Part shown: piece by piece, positions 1 to 11,030 of the stretch
Layout of the letters: every line of letters begins with the position of its first letter
How positions within the stretch are numbered: the stretch's first letter is position 1
NCBI RefSeq assembly: GCF_020745735.1
Contig: NC_083409.1
Span: forward strand, 24,324,048-24,388,047
Reading direction: 5' to 3'
DNA from: Hemiscyllium ocellatum
Taxonomy: Eukaryota
Length of the DNA stretch: 64,000 bases
Translations under genes and position numbers: made by a program
Notes under the pieces: model-generated
What the model was told of the DNA's origin: nothing
What the model saw: only the letters and a program-made list of their open reading frames with translations
The model's database searches: none

Positions 1-2313
1 TTGTCATCATCCTCGCAACACTTCCATGCCAGCCATCATGAGATGGCACAATTCCATAACCTCAGCCACTCCATCAACTGAAAACTGTTACTTTGAAATG
101 TTTGTCTGTTCCCCTCTCAAAACGAACCGTACGGATTGCAGTATTGAGCACATAATACCAAAATCACCAAACCCTCAGGCACCTATCGCCATAAGACAGA
201 CAACCTATGCCTTCTCAATGGCATCTTCTCCTATCCGACCTACCACTGACAAATACCTTTAGACAGGTCCCTCAGTTATCCGAATATCAGATTATCCGAA
301 GGTGATCTTAAGGTGCCGATAGAAACATTACGTCAAAGAGCGGTTTCAACCCTGATCACGTCTTCTGTTTACAGGTACAATGATTAAAAGCAAATTCGGC
401 TCACTGAAATGTTACTGAGGACAGTCCTGAACAATCCAGGCACCAGTTTCAAATGACTGACCTCCTACCTTCTCTCTCTCTCCCTGGAGTTCTATACAGG
501 GGTGAACCCCAAAATCCCCATCCCCAGATTATCGCTCCAACATTGCCCAGGCCAAGGCAGAGGCAGAACCTGTCAAAACATTGTGCGCTATTTGAAGACT
601 TACCCCACAAAGGAAGGAGCAGTCTTACTGCTGGTGCACAGTCCGTCTGCCCCACATGGGTGAGGGGGGCGTGCTCAGGGGTTCAGACAGTTGGTAGGGA
701 TCGATTGGAGTGCAGGGTTCGGGGAGTGGGATTGGGGCCGGGCGGTGGGGCGCAGGCATGGTTGCGGGTGGCAAAGGGGCTGCTGGGTGGGATCGGATGG
801 GGTTGGAGTTGGGCAGAGGACAGGGTTGGGGTTGGGCAGGTTCCCACATGCAATGTGCTTTTGCTGAGTCTCCTGAATGGGGAACAGACTTCACAGAAAA
901 CTCCGCGCCCCAGAGGAAACCAATTAACCGAATAATCAATTATCCAAATGAAATAGTGCCTGCCCATCTCATTCGGATAACTGAGGTTCTTCTGTATACA
1001 GTTCCTATATTCAGTAGCTACTGTAATTAAGACGACAAACTGGAAAGATGAACAAAGACCAAAATTACTATGTATTGCCAATCTCCCTTCTGTTGCCAAT
1101 GGTTTCTTTATTCAAGCTAAACCCCCGATCCATGTGTTATTTGCTCACTCTTCTATCATTCTGATGTCCAGTGTATAAATGGGACTCACCCACTTATGCT
1201 GGCAAAATCCATTCGGTAGAAGGTGCGTCGCTGTGTGAAGTGCACAAACAAACGTCAAGGATTTAACATTAACATTGTTTTGCTGTTAGAATGGTGAGCT
1301 GAAAGAACTTCCGGTACCCAAGACATGGGGAAAGTGAAGCCAGCACTGTGTAAGAATGTTATCAAAGACACTGGTCATACTCCTGCTCTTCATCCATTAA
1401 TACACTTGGTCAATCAAATGTTTGATAGCACCCGCTGTTTACAAGGTTCAGCTCTCGCCCTGTGTGGACTCATCATTCACTCACAGAAGTGCGCCTTTGG
1501 AACTCCTTTTAGACTTCATTGGCGATGTGAAAACAAAGGCCACCCATATTTACCCAATGACTGGTACGAATGTTGTGCCCTAGTACAAAATTTACCACTT
1601 GTTACCCTCCACCATGAAGTACCTGGTGGTAGGTGACGAACGAACGCCTTCCGACATGTGAAGTAGTATGGAACAAAAAGGAGGAAAAACAAATGGGACT
1701 TACACAACTTCTTCCATCAAAAAACCTGGTGATCCAAGTTGCTGGGAGGACGTATTCCTGGTTGGGATGTTGAGATGGCCCGAGATCAGATAACTGACCA
1801 TGTATATGACATCAAAAAACTTGCCAACTCAACTGCCCACACTTTGAAGCTGGTGAACAAAGAGTTACAGGAGACCCGGATGGTAACACTTCAAAATTGG
1901 CTCATGCTACATTTCCTCCTTGCTAAAGGAGGCCTTTGTTCTGTTATTGGTCCACAATGTTGCACCTACATCAATGATTGCTCTGAAGACATTTTGGACA
2001 ACTTCGATGTTATCAACAAAACGGGTCAAGATGCAGGGAAGACACCTGCCGCACCATCGTCATCCGATCCATATGGATGGAGTATTACTTGCTGGCTTTG
2101 GTCGCTGTGTGGAACGTACTGATAGGCCCCGGTCTCATCCTAGGAATATACAGTGTCGTCCACTTATGTATGGAATGGACCGTCCATTGCTTTTCGCCTC
2201 AGCCAAAGAGGAATCTTGTTAATCGACCCTTGTCTATCCCTGTAGCTCCACGTCTGAATGTCTCCGCTGAAATCCAGTATCTTTCTGACTCTGATCCTCT
2301 GGACAATGACTAG
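1..2313 (+). mobile_element. Endogenous retrovirus env remnant (gamma/epsilon-type SU C-terminus + TM), frameshifted, split by a DNA transposon
   Basis: ORF 1739-2122 has an immunosuppressive-domain-like LQNWLMLHFLLAKGGLC and the CX6CC motif (CSVIGPQCC). It is preceded by basic KRRK and a fusion-peptide-like W*SKLLGGRIPGW. SU-end motif YLPNDWYECCAL is in ORF 1325-1636. A hydrophobic TM segment follows in a shifted frame (2077-2313). Confidence 0.8.
262..994. mobile_element. Non-autonomous Tc1/mariner (pogo/Tigger-like) DNA transposon inserted in env
   Basis: Inverted repeats CTCAGTTATCCGAAT (271-285) / ATTCGGATAACTGAG (971-985). The right end reads ...GTTCTTCTG followed by TA (995-996), and there is a TA at 260-261. 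No transposase ORF. Confidence 0.55.
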
Positions 2314-2390
2314 CAAGAGGAAGCACTCAAATTATTGAGAATACAAATCGACTGAATTAACTAATTATACTTATATAAGCATGAAATGAC

Positions 2391-3641
2391 AAAAGGAGGG
2401 AATGAGAAAGTTTATAGCCTTAAAGCTTGTCCTTAAACATTTTGACTAAATATAATGTTGAATTGTAGAACACAATTGCTGCACAGTAGAACATAAACAG
2501 AATAGCCAGGGAGGCACCAGGGCACAAAAGGGGGAACCCAGGATGTGCAGAAGATAAAAACATCTGTTCTCACCAAGTGGTAACAGGATGCTCCAAGGCA
2601 ATTGAGAACATTTGCCTTAACAGGAATGAATCTGTGTAAACAGGACACAGAGTGATAACATTCACGGGTGTTCACTTGTGAAATTAATGACAGTGTTTGA
2701 TTCTGATCTCTGACCTGGTATCATCCTGCAAGCATGTCAAAAGCCTTGTAATTAATGGTCAGGTGGTATCAATTATACTGGATTCTTATTACTCTTGCAA
2801 GACAGGCAGACAGAAAGGGAAAAACATTATTCTGTTATAGTCCCTACCCTGGGCGTTCAAAAAGACACTAGCTAGAGAATGAGTGAAGAATATTTTAATG
2901 CTGAGATTGCCAAAGCCAATAGAAAATTAACTCTTTGTGATTTGGTTCAAATGCACGCTTACTTGCTGTGGATTCAATACAGAAAATAGGTGCAGGAATA
3001 GGCTATTCGGCCCTTCAAGTTGGCACCACGATTTATTATGGCCACGGCTAATTATCCACAATCAGTAACCTGTTCTGGTCTTACCCCCATAACCCTTGTT
3101 TTAAATTTAATTGCATTTTGGTACTTTATGATTATTTTGAGTAACCATCGCTAATTATGAAATGCAAACTCTGTAAAAGGTAATATTGATGAAGCTTTAA
3201 CTCACTTGCTGTTCTTACAGACCAGGACTGACCCACTGTCAATTCTAACGAGTCGGATCTTATGTCCTATTGGAACTTGAATCACAACTCTGAAAAGAAA
3301 AAAATGTCTTATTCGAAACAAATGAATCATTTAAAATACAACCTTACAGTAATAATTCAGCCTCAGGTTCAAGTGAACATCCATGAATGTTATCACTCTG
3401 TGTCCTGTTTACACAGATTCATTCCTGTTAAGGCAAATGTTCTCAATTGCCTTGGAGCATCCTGTTACCACTTGGTGAGAACAGATGTTTTTACCTATTC
3501 AGGTTCAGAATGATTCTTTTCTTAAGATAAAAAGCAAGAGTCTGCTCCTAGCTCAAAAATTATTCTCACCCTAACATTGAAGAGATTCTGACACAATCTA
3601 TGAGGAAGTCATTTTTTTACGGTCAAAGTTTGCCCTTCTCA
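2391..3641 (+). mobile_element. Polypurine tract and ERV 3' LTR (right end uncertain; contains a SINE fragment and an inverted self-copy)
   Basis: AAAAGGAGGGAA (2391-2402) is followed by TGAGAA at 2403, just after env. A matching TTCTCA at 3636-3641 is a candidate end. Confidence 0.55.
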
Positions 3642-3646
3642 CGAAG

Positions 3647-3826
3647 AGAAAGTGAGGACTGCAGATGCTGGAGATCAGAGTTGAAAATGTGTTGCTGGAA
3701 AAGAGCAACAGGTCAGGCAGCATTCAAGGAGCAGGAGAGTCGATGTTTCGGGCATGTGCCAGATTCCTGAAGAAGGGCTCATGCCCAAAACATCGACTCT
3801 CCTGCTCCTTGGATGCTGCCTGACCT
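3647..3826. mobile_element. Penelope-like terminal fragment with fold-back (47-bp arms 3710-3756 / 3780-3826) and degenerate hammerhead core
   Basis: Same AGAAAGTGAGGACTGCAGATGCTGG terminus as the 11031 element. Arms have 2 mismatches. CTGAAGAAGGGCTCATGCCCAAAACATC core has GAAA mutated. Confidence 0.75.
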
Positions 3827-3845
3827 CCTCGCTAAGAAGCCATTT

Positions 3846-4436
3846 TGTAAAACATGATACCTGACATGCAAGCCATGCAAGGTTACCTTACAACTTCTCC
3901 CATTTAGACTGGTGCCTCCTTATAGCAGGGACTTGTCTCACCAACAGGCACCTGACTCAGCTGAATCTCTTATCCCCCACCTGATGGATGGCTCCGGGCT
4001 GTAGGAGTGATCAATTAGGTGCACACAGACCTGTCAATTAACTTCTCTTCCTTATGAATTATTGCCTTTCCAATGTTGTCTGTCTAATTAAGTGTTTAAA
4101 TCTAATTAAATGCAGTGTTTTTGCAAAAGTTTGTATAAAGGAACCCTGTTTGTGACAGAAGGAGAAAGTAACCTGTGAGGGCTCTTCAAGGCAGAGCTGG
4201 TCGCCACTCTCCTAAGGTTTTAGAACCTTAGCCAGCCTAGCTTATAGGTACCAGTGTTATGTTGTAACAGTGATGTTATTGGTAAATAAAGGGGAAGACT
4301 AAAATTAAACTAAACTGTCTGTAAGAGGTTTTTATTCCAGACTCAAAGAGTATGATTGCCAGGACAAACCAAGAGAGGCTTACAAGTCTGAGGCCACAAG
4401 GGATTCCCTGGGCCATCTCAAATCTGTACTTTAACA
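3846..4436 (+). mobile_element. Possible solo LTR
   Basis: TGTAAAA...TTTAACA ends, TATAAA 4134-4139, AATAAA 4285-4290. No clear TSD. Confidence 0.35.
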
Positions 4437-4873
4437 TCAGTGCCTGCTAATTTTCATATAACATATGTTGTTGCCTCAAATTTGTGCTCATCTTTCTCAA
4501 ATTCTACATGAATCCTTCCAATAAAGTTTGCGATTTGCCACATTTTTGAAATGACTCTTATCCAAGTCACATCCAGCATGATGTCAGAAGTAAATTGAAA
4601 CGGTGAAAAAAAACAATTTACACACATCTCTGTCGACCACACAATTCTCCTAAAATACCTCTCCACTGCTATCCAGCTGGCAGCTCAGGGGCTGTTCTCA
4701 TTTAGTCCTAATTCTATGGATGTGTTTGTAGCCAAAGAAACCAATGAATTTAACCTTTATTCCCTCCTCCTCCTCCTCAACTATGATTTATATTGAACAG
4801 CTCCTTCAAAAAAAAAACCTTTCATCTATCTAAAGGCAGATATATGGGAACACTACTACCTGCATATTTCCCT

Positions 4874-5580
4874 TGTGGGAAACAGAACCCACTCACTTCA
4901 ATCATTTCAGTCCGAGACAAGATCTAAAGCAGCAGCATTGTTTATTACTCTTGCAAAAGTGGTGCCTCTAAGATAGGCACATCGAGTTTAACAAATACAC
5001 AACTTATATACAATTTATTTCTCTTTCCCTCCTCCCATTGTTCCTCCCCTGTTTACATCTCCCACTACTCTAAACCCAGCTGTTTACCTCTTGCCTCATC
5101 CAGCCTTGGGCATAACGAAGTACAAGTTTTGCTTGGCCATTTCATCACATCCCACTGTGGTCCACTGTTATATATCCTGCTCCACTGCCATCTGCTTCTT
5201 TGCTTGCTAAAGCAACATTTCCTTCCATACTTTGCCCAAACTGAGCCTTTTGACCTCTTGATTGTTTTTTGTCTTGTATTTACAGAAGTAGGAAACAGAT
5301 GCTTGTAATTGCGTGCACAAGCATATCCAGCTTAACCTACACCCCCTCCCCTCACAGCACCTTATCTATTTGTCTGTAACATCTATCATTGTTTGCAGAC
5401 ACATTTCATTCTTGTATGCACATTTTAGCTAATGCAAAAGCAATTATATATTTCATTTACATAGTTTTCCTTCTTGTTTATTCAGCTCTTGGCTGAACAA
5501 TTATACACTAGTGTGAGTTCATTTACCTTACATAAGCAATTATGATTTCCAAAGTAACACTGCTTTACCCATATCCCACA
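4874..5580 (-). mobile_element. Solo LTR (same family as 63172-63841) inserted in a LINE fragment
   Basis: TGTGGGA...TCCCACA terminal inverted repeats. Flanks CCCT / CTCT resemble a decayed 4-bp TSD. Colinear homology with 63172-63841, including the AATAAA and U5-like end. Confidence 0.75.
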
Positions 5581-5949
5581 CTCTTCAAGCCACTCATCAC
5601 CCTGACTTAGAAATTTACTGACACTAATTAACTATCACTGGTTCAAAATCCAGGAACTCCACCCAAGGGCGCTGCGGATCTACCTACAGCGCACACACTG
5701 CAGTGGTTCAAGACAGCCCACTGCCACCTACTCAAAGGTAACTCGGTGTGAACAATAATGCTGGACCAGCAGGACACCCACATCCCCTACATTCTTGTTT
5801 TCCGTAATCATAGATGAGCAGGGGTTTCCTCCAACTGTAGATTAAAGTAATTGCTTTGAATCCAGCCTCCATTACAACAGTAGGTGAAGCCAGTCTGGAC
5901 AGTCTTGGTGTTAGATTTGACTCTGAGAGGAGCTCCAAGCCTCACTGGG

Positions 5950-6545
5950 CTGTTCTCTCTGACACTGAGCCGTTCCATTTTGAATTCCCCGCGATCCAAA
6001 CACTCGTGCACCATGGCCGGTCATGCCGCGCCTGCGCAACGACACATTGACCTGTAAAGGCGCACCTGCGCACGACCCCAGGCCGGTAAACCCACGTCTG
6101 CGCGATGACACCGCGTCCGGGCGGAGCGCGCCTGCGCAATGACAACAGATCGATTATCCCACGCATGCGCAATGACATCGCCGTCGTCCTGTTCTTTCTG
6201 AGACTTAGCCGTTCCATTTTGAAATCCCCGCGATCCAAAGACTCGTGCACAATGTGGCCGGTCATGCCGCGTCATGAAGTGAAGACGCGGTTTCACTTCA
6301 GTCTTTTTTTTAACCGAATAAGCGGTGCAGTAGTAAAGTCAGAAGGGGGTGGTTTAGTCCTCAGAGGGTCGGCATGGACTTGTTGGGCCGAAGCACCTGA
6401 TTCTACTCTGCAGGGAATCTAATCTAAAGTATCAAGCCACGGCGTCATTGCCGCCATGTTGAGGCGCAAGACCAGGAGGGGCGGGGCTCTGATCACGTGA
6501 GCAAAGACACGTGGTGGACGCCATGACGTCAGGAGCCCCGCCTCC
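5950..6545. promoter_or_regulatory. CpG-rich promoter-like region with NRF1, YY1, GC-box, E-box and CRE motifs; no associated exon identified
   Basis: GCGCNTGCGCA-like motifs at 6029, 6061, 6097, 6128, 6162; GCCGCCATGTTG 6450-6461; GGGGCGGGGC 6478-6487; TCACGTGA 6493-6500; CACGTG 6508-6513; TGACGTCA 6524-6531; CCCCGCC 6536-6542. An ~80-bp direct repeat lies at 5950-6030 / 6189-6271. Confidence 0.6.
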
Positions 6546-6579
6546 AGCAGAGCTGATGAATGAATTCTTCCCAGGAATA

Positions 6580-7850
6580 AAAATCACACCACACCAGGTT
6601 ATAGTCCCACAGGTTTAATTGGAAGCACACTAGCTTTCAGAGCGACGCTCCTTCATCAGGTGATTGTGGAGGGCTCGATCGTAACACAGAATTTATAGCA
6701 AAAATTTACAGTGTGATGTAACTAAAATTATACACTGAAAAGTTGATTGCCTGTTAAGCTTTTCATCTGTTAGAATAGTTTCACTACTTTCATGTGTAAA
6801 TCACAATTTTTTTAAAAAACTTGCATTCCCGGGTTAGCTGTTAACAATGATGATAGCCAGACAATCTGTTGAAAGTGTTAGCCCCCTGTGTTCTCTGTCT
6901 ATGCCATAATGTTTAGATTGATTCCAAACCAAAAAGTGAGATAAGTTTTACATACATTCATGCAGTTTTTGAACTCAGAGTTCTACATGAATGCATGCAG
7001 TTTTTGAGCAAAGTACAATGTAACTCTGCAAATACAAATTCACCCCACAAAATATATGTGTGCATGTGGGTCTTTGTCTGTGTGTGTGTGTGTGTGTCTG
7101 TCTGGCGTGGGGGTTGTGAGTGTGAGAAAGTGTGTGTGTAGTGAGTGCAGAGTGTCTTAAGTCTGAGAGGAGGTGCCTGTGTGAGTTGGGAGTGTGTGTG
7201 TGCGTGTCTGTGTGCACCTGTGTCCGTGTGTATGTGAGAGTTTGTAGTGCAATGGTGATCACCTGTGATCATGTCACATTACAGGTGATCACCATTGCAC
7301 TACACACACACACACAGATATTCCTACACATACACACGGACACAGGTGCACACAGACACCCACACACAAAGTAAAGTTTACCCTTACAGACACTCCCACA
7401 CGCACCTCCTCACAGACTTAAGACACTCTGCACTCACTACACACACCTTCTCACACTCACAACCCCCACCCCAGACAGACAGGCACACACAATCAGACAA
7501 AGACCCACATGCACACAAATATTTTGTGGGGTGAATTTGTACTTGCAGAGTTACATTGTACTTTCCTCAAAAACTGCAAGCATTCATGGAGAACTCTGAG
7601 TTCAAAAACTGCATGAATGTATGTAAAACTCTGTTATCTCACTTTTTACGACATACGACACTGTCACAGTAGATGCTGCAAGACATATCAGAGTGTGGAC
7701 ATGGATACCACATTACCCGTGGGGACACCTCCCACCATGTACATGGCAGGTACTCATGTGACTCAGCCAACGTTGTCTATCTCATACGCTGCAGGCAAGG
7801 ATGCCCTGAGGCAGGGTACACTGGTGAAACCGAGCAGAGGCAGCATTTCC
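6580..7850. mobile_element. Penelope-like element fragment with a ~340-bp-arm inverted repeat and GIY-YIG endonuclease remnant
   Basis: ORF 7673-7939 contains HVHGRYSCDSANVVYLIRCRQGCPEAGYTGET (GIY-YIG-like). Arms 6931-7266 / 7281-7647 are inverted. Hammerhead core on - at 6627-6663. Confidence 0.75.
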
Positions 7851-8289
7851 TTCCTGAGGAAAGATGGATCAAAAATATTCATTTAACATTTCAGTCACAT
7901 TCCCTGCCTCCATGTGTAAATCTTATTGGTTGCCTCTAATTGGCTCCACTCTTCCGTTTTTTGCTGTTTATGTGTTCTATCAAAGACACGAGGATTCCCC
8001 TTTGTATGAGCTGCCAGTCTTCATTCTTAACCTCTATTGGCTGCTCTTGCTTTGTGTTTTCACCTCCCATCCGAACCTTCTGCTTTCAGCTTGGCTTTCA
8101 TTTGTATTTCCTCCCTGGGGCCTGCCATAAACATGTGATTCTTCTGAAGAGGGTCGCTGAGGAGATTGTGATGGTGTTGGTGATCTTTCAGGAATCCTGG
8201 ATTCGGGGCGGGGGGAGGGTTGCTGGGATGGGGGAGAGGGTTGATGGTTGCAGGGTTCCAAAGGAATGGAAAATTGGCTTAGATAACGC

Positions 8290-8790
8290 CCTTGTTTAAG
8301 CAATAAGGGAGGGAGGCAGAAGACAGGAAATTATAATCGGTTAACTTGACCTCAATCATTGGTCAGATTTGAGACTTAAATTTAAGGATGAGATTCAAGG
8401 GTGCTTGGAAGAGCATGGTAAAGTAAGGCTGAGTCAGCATGGCTTCATCAAGGGGAGGTCATGCCTGACAAACCTGTTAGTGTTCTTTGATGAGGTAAGA
8501 AGCAAGTTCGACAAAGGAGAGCCAGTGGATGTGATCTATTTGGATTTCCAGAAGGTCTTTGACAAGGTGCCGCACAGGGCACTGCGACACAAGATAAATC
8601 CCACGATATAAGGGGCAAGATACTGGCAAGGGTAGAGGATTGGCTGGTCGGAAGAAGGCAGAGAGTGGGGATAAAGGGGTCTTTTTCAGGAAGGCAGACT
8701 AGCAGAGGACCACAACTATTCATGCTATACATTAATGATCTGGATGAAGGAACTGAGGGCATTGTTGGTACATTTGCAGATGACATCCGT
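8290..8790 (+). mobile_element. CR1-type LINE RT fragment
   Basis: SQHGFIKGRSCLTNLLVFF...VDVIYLDFQKVFDKVPH and YINDLDEG...FADD motifs. Confidence 0.9.
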
Positions 8791-8866
8791 AATGTCTATC
8801 TCCTTTTGCATCCTAGGAGCACTGAATTTGTTTTCCCTACCTTCTCTTTTTCAGGGAATGTACCCC

Positions 8867-9883
8867 AACTGTCCCCCTACCCATCTGTGCTTTGAAGGTA
8901 ACCCATTGTTCAGCTGCTGGTTTTCTTGCCAGTCTTCGGATCCAGTCTATTGAATCCAGCTCTGCTTTTACTCTGTTGATCTCAGCTCTCTCTCAGTTAA
9001 TTATTCTTACTCTGGGCTGTGCTTTGTTCTTTTTTTAAAAATCATTTTCCTAAATATTACAATACAATGATCACTGTTCTACAAATGCTTCCCATGACAC
9101 TTGACCTACTTGGCCTAACTCAGTACCAAGATCCAGGCCGAGCACAAACTCTTGTCCTGCATGCCCTCAATACAATCTTGGAATGAAAATAGAAAATCAA
9201 ACAGTACAGCACGGTACAGGCCCTTTGGTTCACGATGTTGTGCCGACCTTTTATCCTACTCTAAGATTAGACTTGCCCCATCTGTCCTTCATTGCTGCTA
9301 TCCCAGTCAATATTCAGATAATTTAAGTTTCCCCTTATAATGACTTGTTTGCATCTCTCTGTGAGTTCCTTGTAAGTTTGTTCCTATCCATCCTTCCCAC
9401 TGGTTGGTGACCTGTCGTCTGCTCTGAACAATCTGATTGCACCATTTGTGTTCCTTATCTCAAGCCAAATCGATTCTGTCCTTGACCCCTCAGAGGCACC
9501 CTCTTCCTCCAGCTTTGCACTGATCTCCTTAACCAATCGTACCACTTATCACAATTGTCCCCCTCTCCTATCTTTACTAAACACCTTGTATCCAGGAATA
9601 CCCAGTCCCGCTGGTCTCTGTCAGAGCCATACATCAGATTTCCATTTCGCAATCTGTGTCTGTAACTCCCAAATCTTATTGACCTATTTAAGTCTGTTTC
9701 CCATCAATCAAGTTCCCTAATTGGCAAAGGTAGCCAAAGGCTTTGTCAGTGACTGTAGAGACCTGGTGAGGTTGGGAAAAATCAGAAGGATCAGTTGCAC
9801 CATTTGCATTACGTACAGGGCCCGTGACACAACAACCAGTACCCGGGACACCAGGGGGAGCCTGTAATCTCTTTAAACTTCCA
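8867..9883 (+). repeat. ~1-kb block duplicated in inverted orientation at 39430-40437 (RNASEL intron)
   Basis: Colinear reverse-complement match across unique-looking sequence, a SINE tail and an old CR1 piece, e.g. GCTTTGAAGGTAACCCATTG and CATGACACTTGACCTACTTGGCCTAACTCAGTA. Confidence 0.9.
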
Positions 9884-9899
9884 CTCCCTCCACCACGGA

Positions 9900-10220
9900 G
9901 GGTGGCACGGTGGCACAGTGGTTAGCACTGCTGCCTCACAGCGCCTGAGTCCCGGGTTCAATTCCCGACTCAGGCGACTGACTGTGTGGAGTTTGCACGT
10001 TCTCCCCGTGTCTGCATGGGTTTCCTCCGGGTGCTCCGGTTTCCTCCCACAGTCCAAAGATGTGCGGGTCAGGTGAATTGGCTATGCTAAATTGCCTGTA
10101 GTGTTAGGTAGGGGTAAATGTAGGGGTATGGGTGGGTTGCGCTTCGGCGGGTCGGTGTGGACTTGTTGGGCCGAAGGGCCTGTTTCCACACTGTAAGTCT
10201 AATCTAAGTCTAATCTAATC
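9900..10220 (+). mobile_element. HE1-type tRNA-derived SINE, near full length and young-looking
   Basis: tRNA-like head TGGCACAGTGGTTAG...GGTTCAATTCC, conserved core TGTGTGGAGTTTGCACGTTCTCCCCGTGTCTGC, (TCTAA)n tail. Confidence 0.85.
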
Positions 10221-11030
10221 ACTGATGTCCAGTACCAGCCGTGTGCACCATCTACAAGATGCACTGCAGAAATCCACCAAATCTCCTGAGACAGCACCTT
10301 CCAAACTCACGACCATTTCCATCTAGAAGGACAAGAGCAGCAGAAACACAGAACACACAGAAAGCCGTATTTCTGCTTTCTCCCCATTCCCTTCATACTG
10401 TTAAAATCCAGAACAATTATCTCTTATTTCTTGAATATAAGAAATAATATATTCCTTGTACTCCGCAGCCATCTATGGTACAGAATTCAGCAGGTTGATG
10501 ACCCTCTGAGTGAAGAAATGTTTCCTCATCTCAGTCCTAAATGGTCTACCCTGTATCCCCCTGAGACTGTGTCCCCTGGTTCCAGACTCCCTAACCAGGG
10601 GAAACCTCCTCCCTGCCCAGCCCTGTTACAATTTTATATGTTTCAATCAGATCCCCTCTCATCGTTCTGAACACGAGTGAGTCCATGGCCAGGCGAGTTG
10701 GAGAGTGAGAGGAGAGTTGAGAAGAAATGTTCTCACCCAGAGGGTGGTGGGAGTCTGGAACTCACTGCCTGAAAGGCTGGTTGAGTCACAAACTCTTGTG
10801 ACATTGGAGCAGTGTTTAGATATTCCCTTGTGTTGCTGTAGCCTCCAGGGTAATGGGCCAGGAGTTGGAGGATAGGATTAATGTCATCAGATCGCTGTTG
10901 ACCAGCAAAGACACAATGGGCCAAATGGCCTCATTCAGTGCTGTTCACATCAATGACTCTCTGAGACAGAAAGAGAGACAGAGAGAAGAAGAAGTGTGAG
11001 GGGCTGATGTGGCACCCTCTACCTAATAGG

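Noticed and set aside
453-1099. Overlapping ORFs of 100-160 aa
   Set aside because: Low-complexity G/C-rich interior of the MITE; no transposase or other motif.
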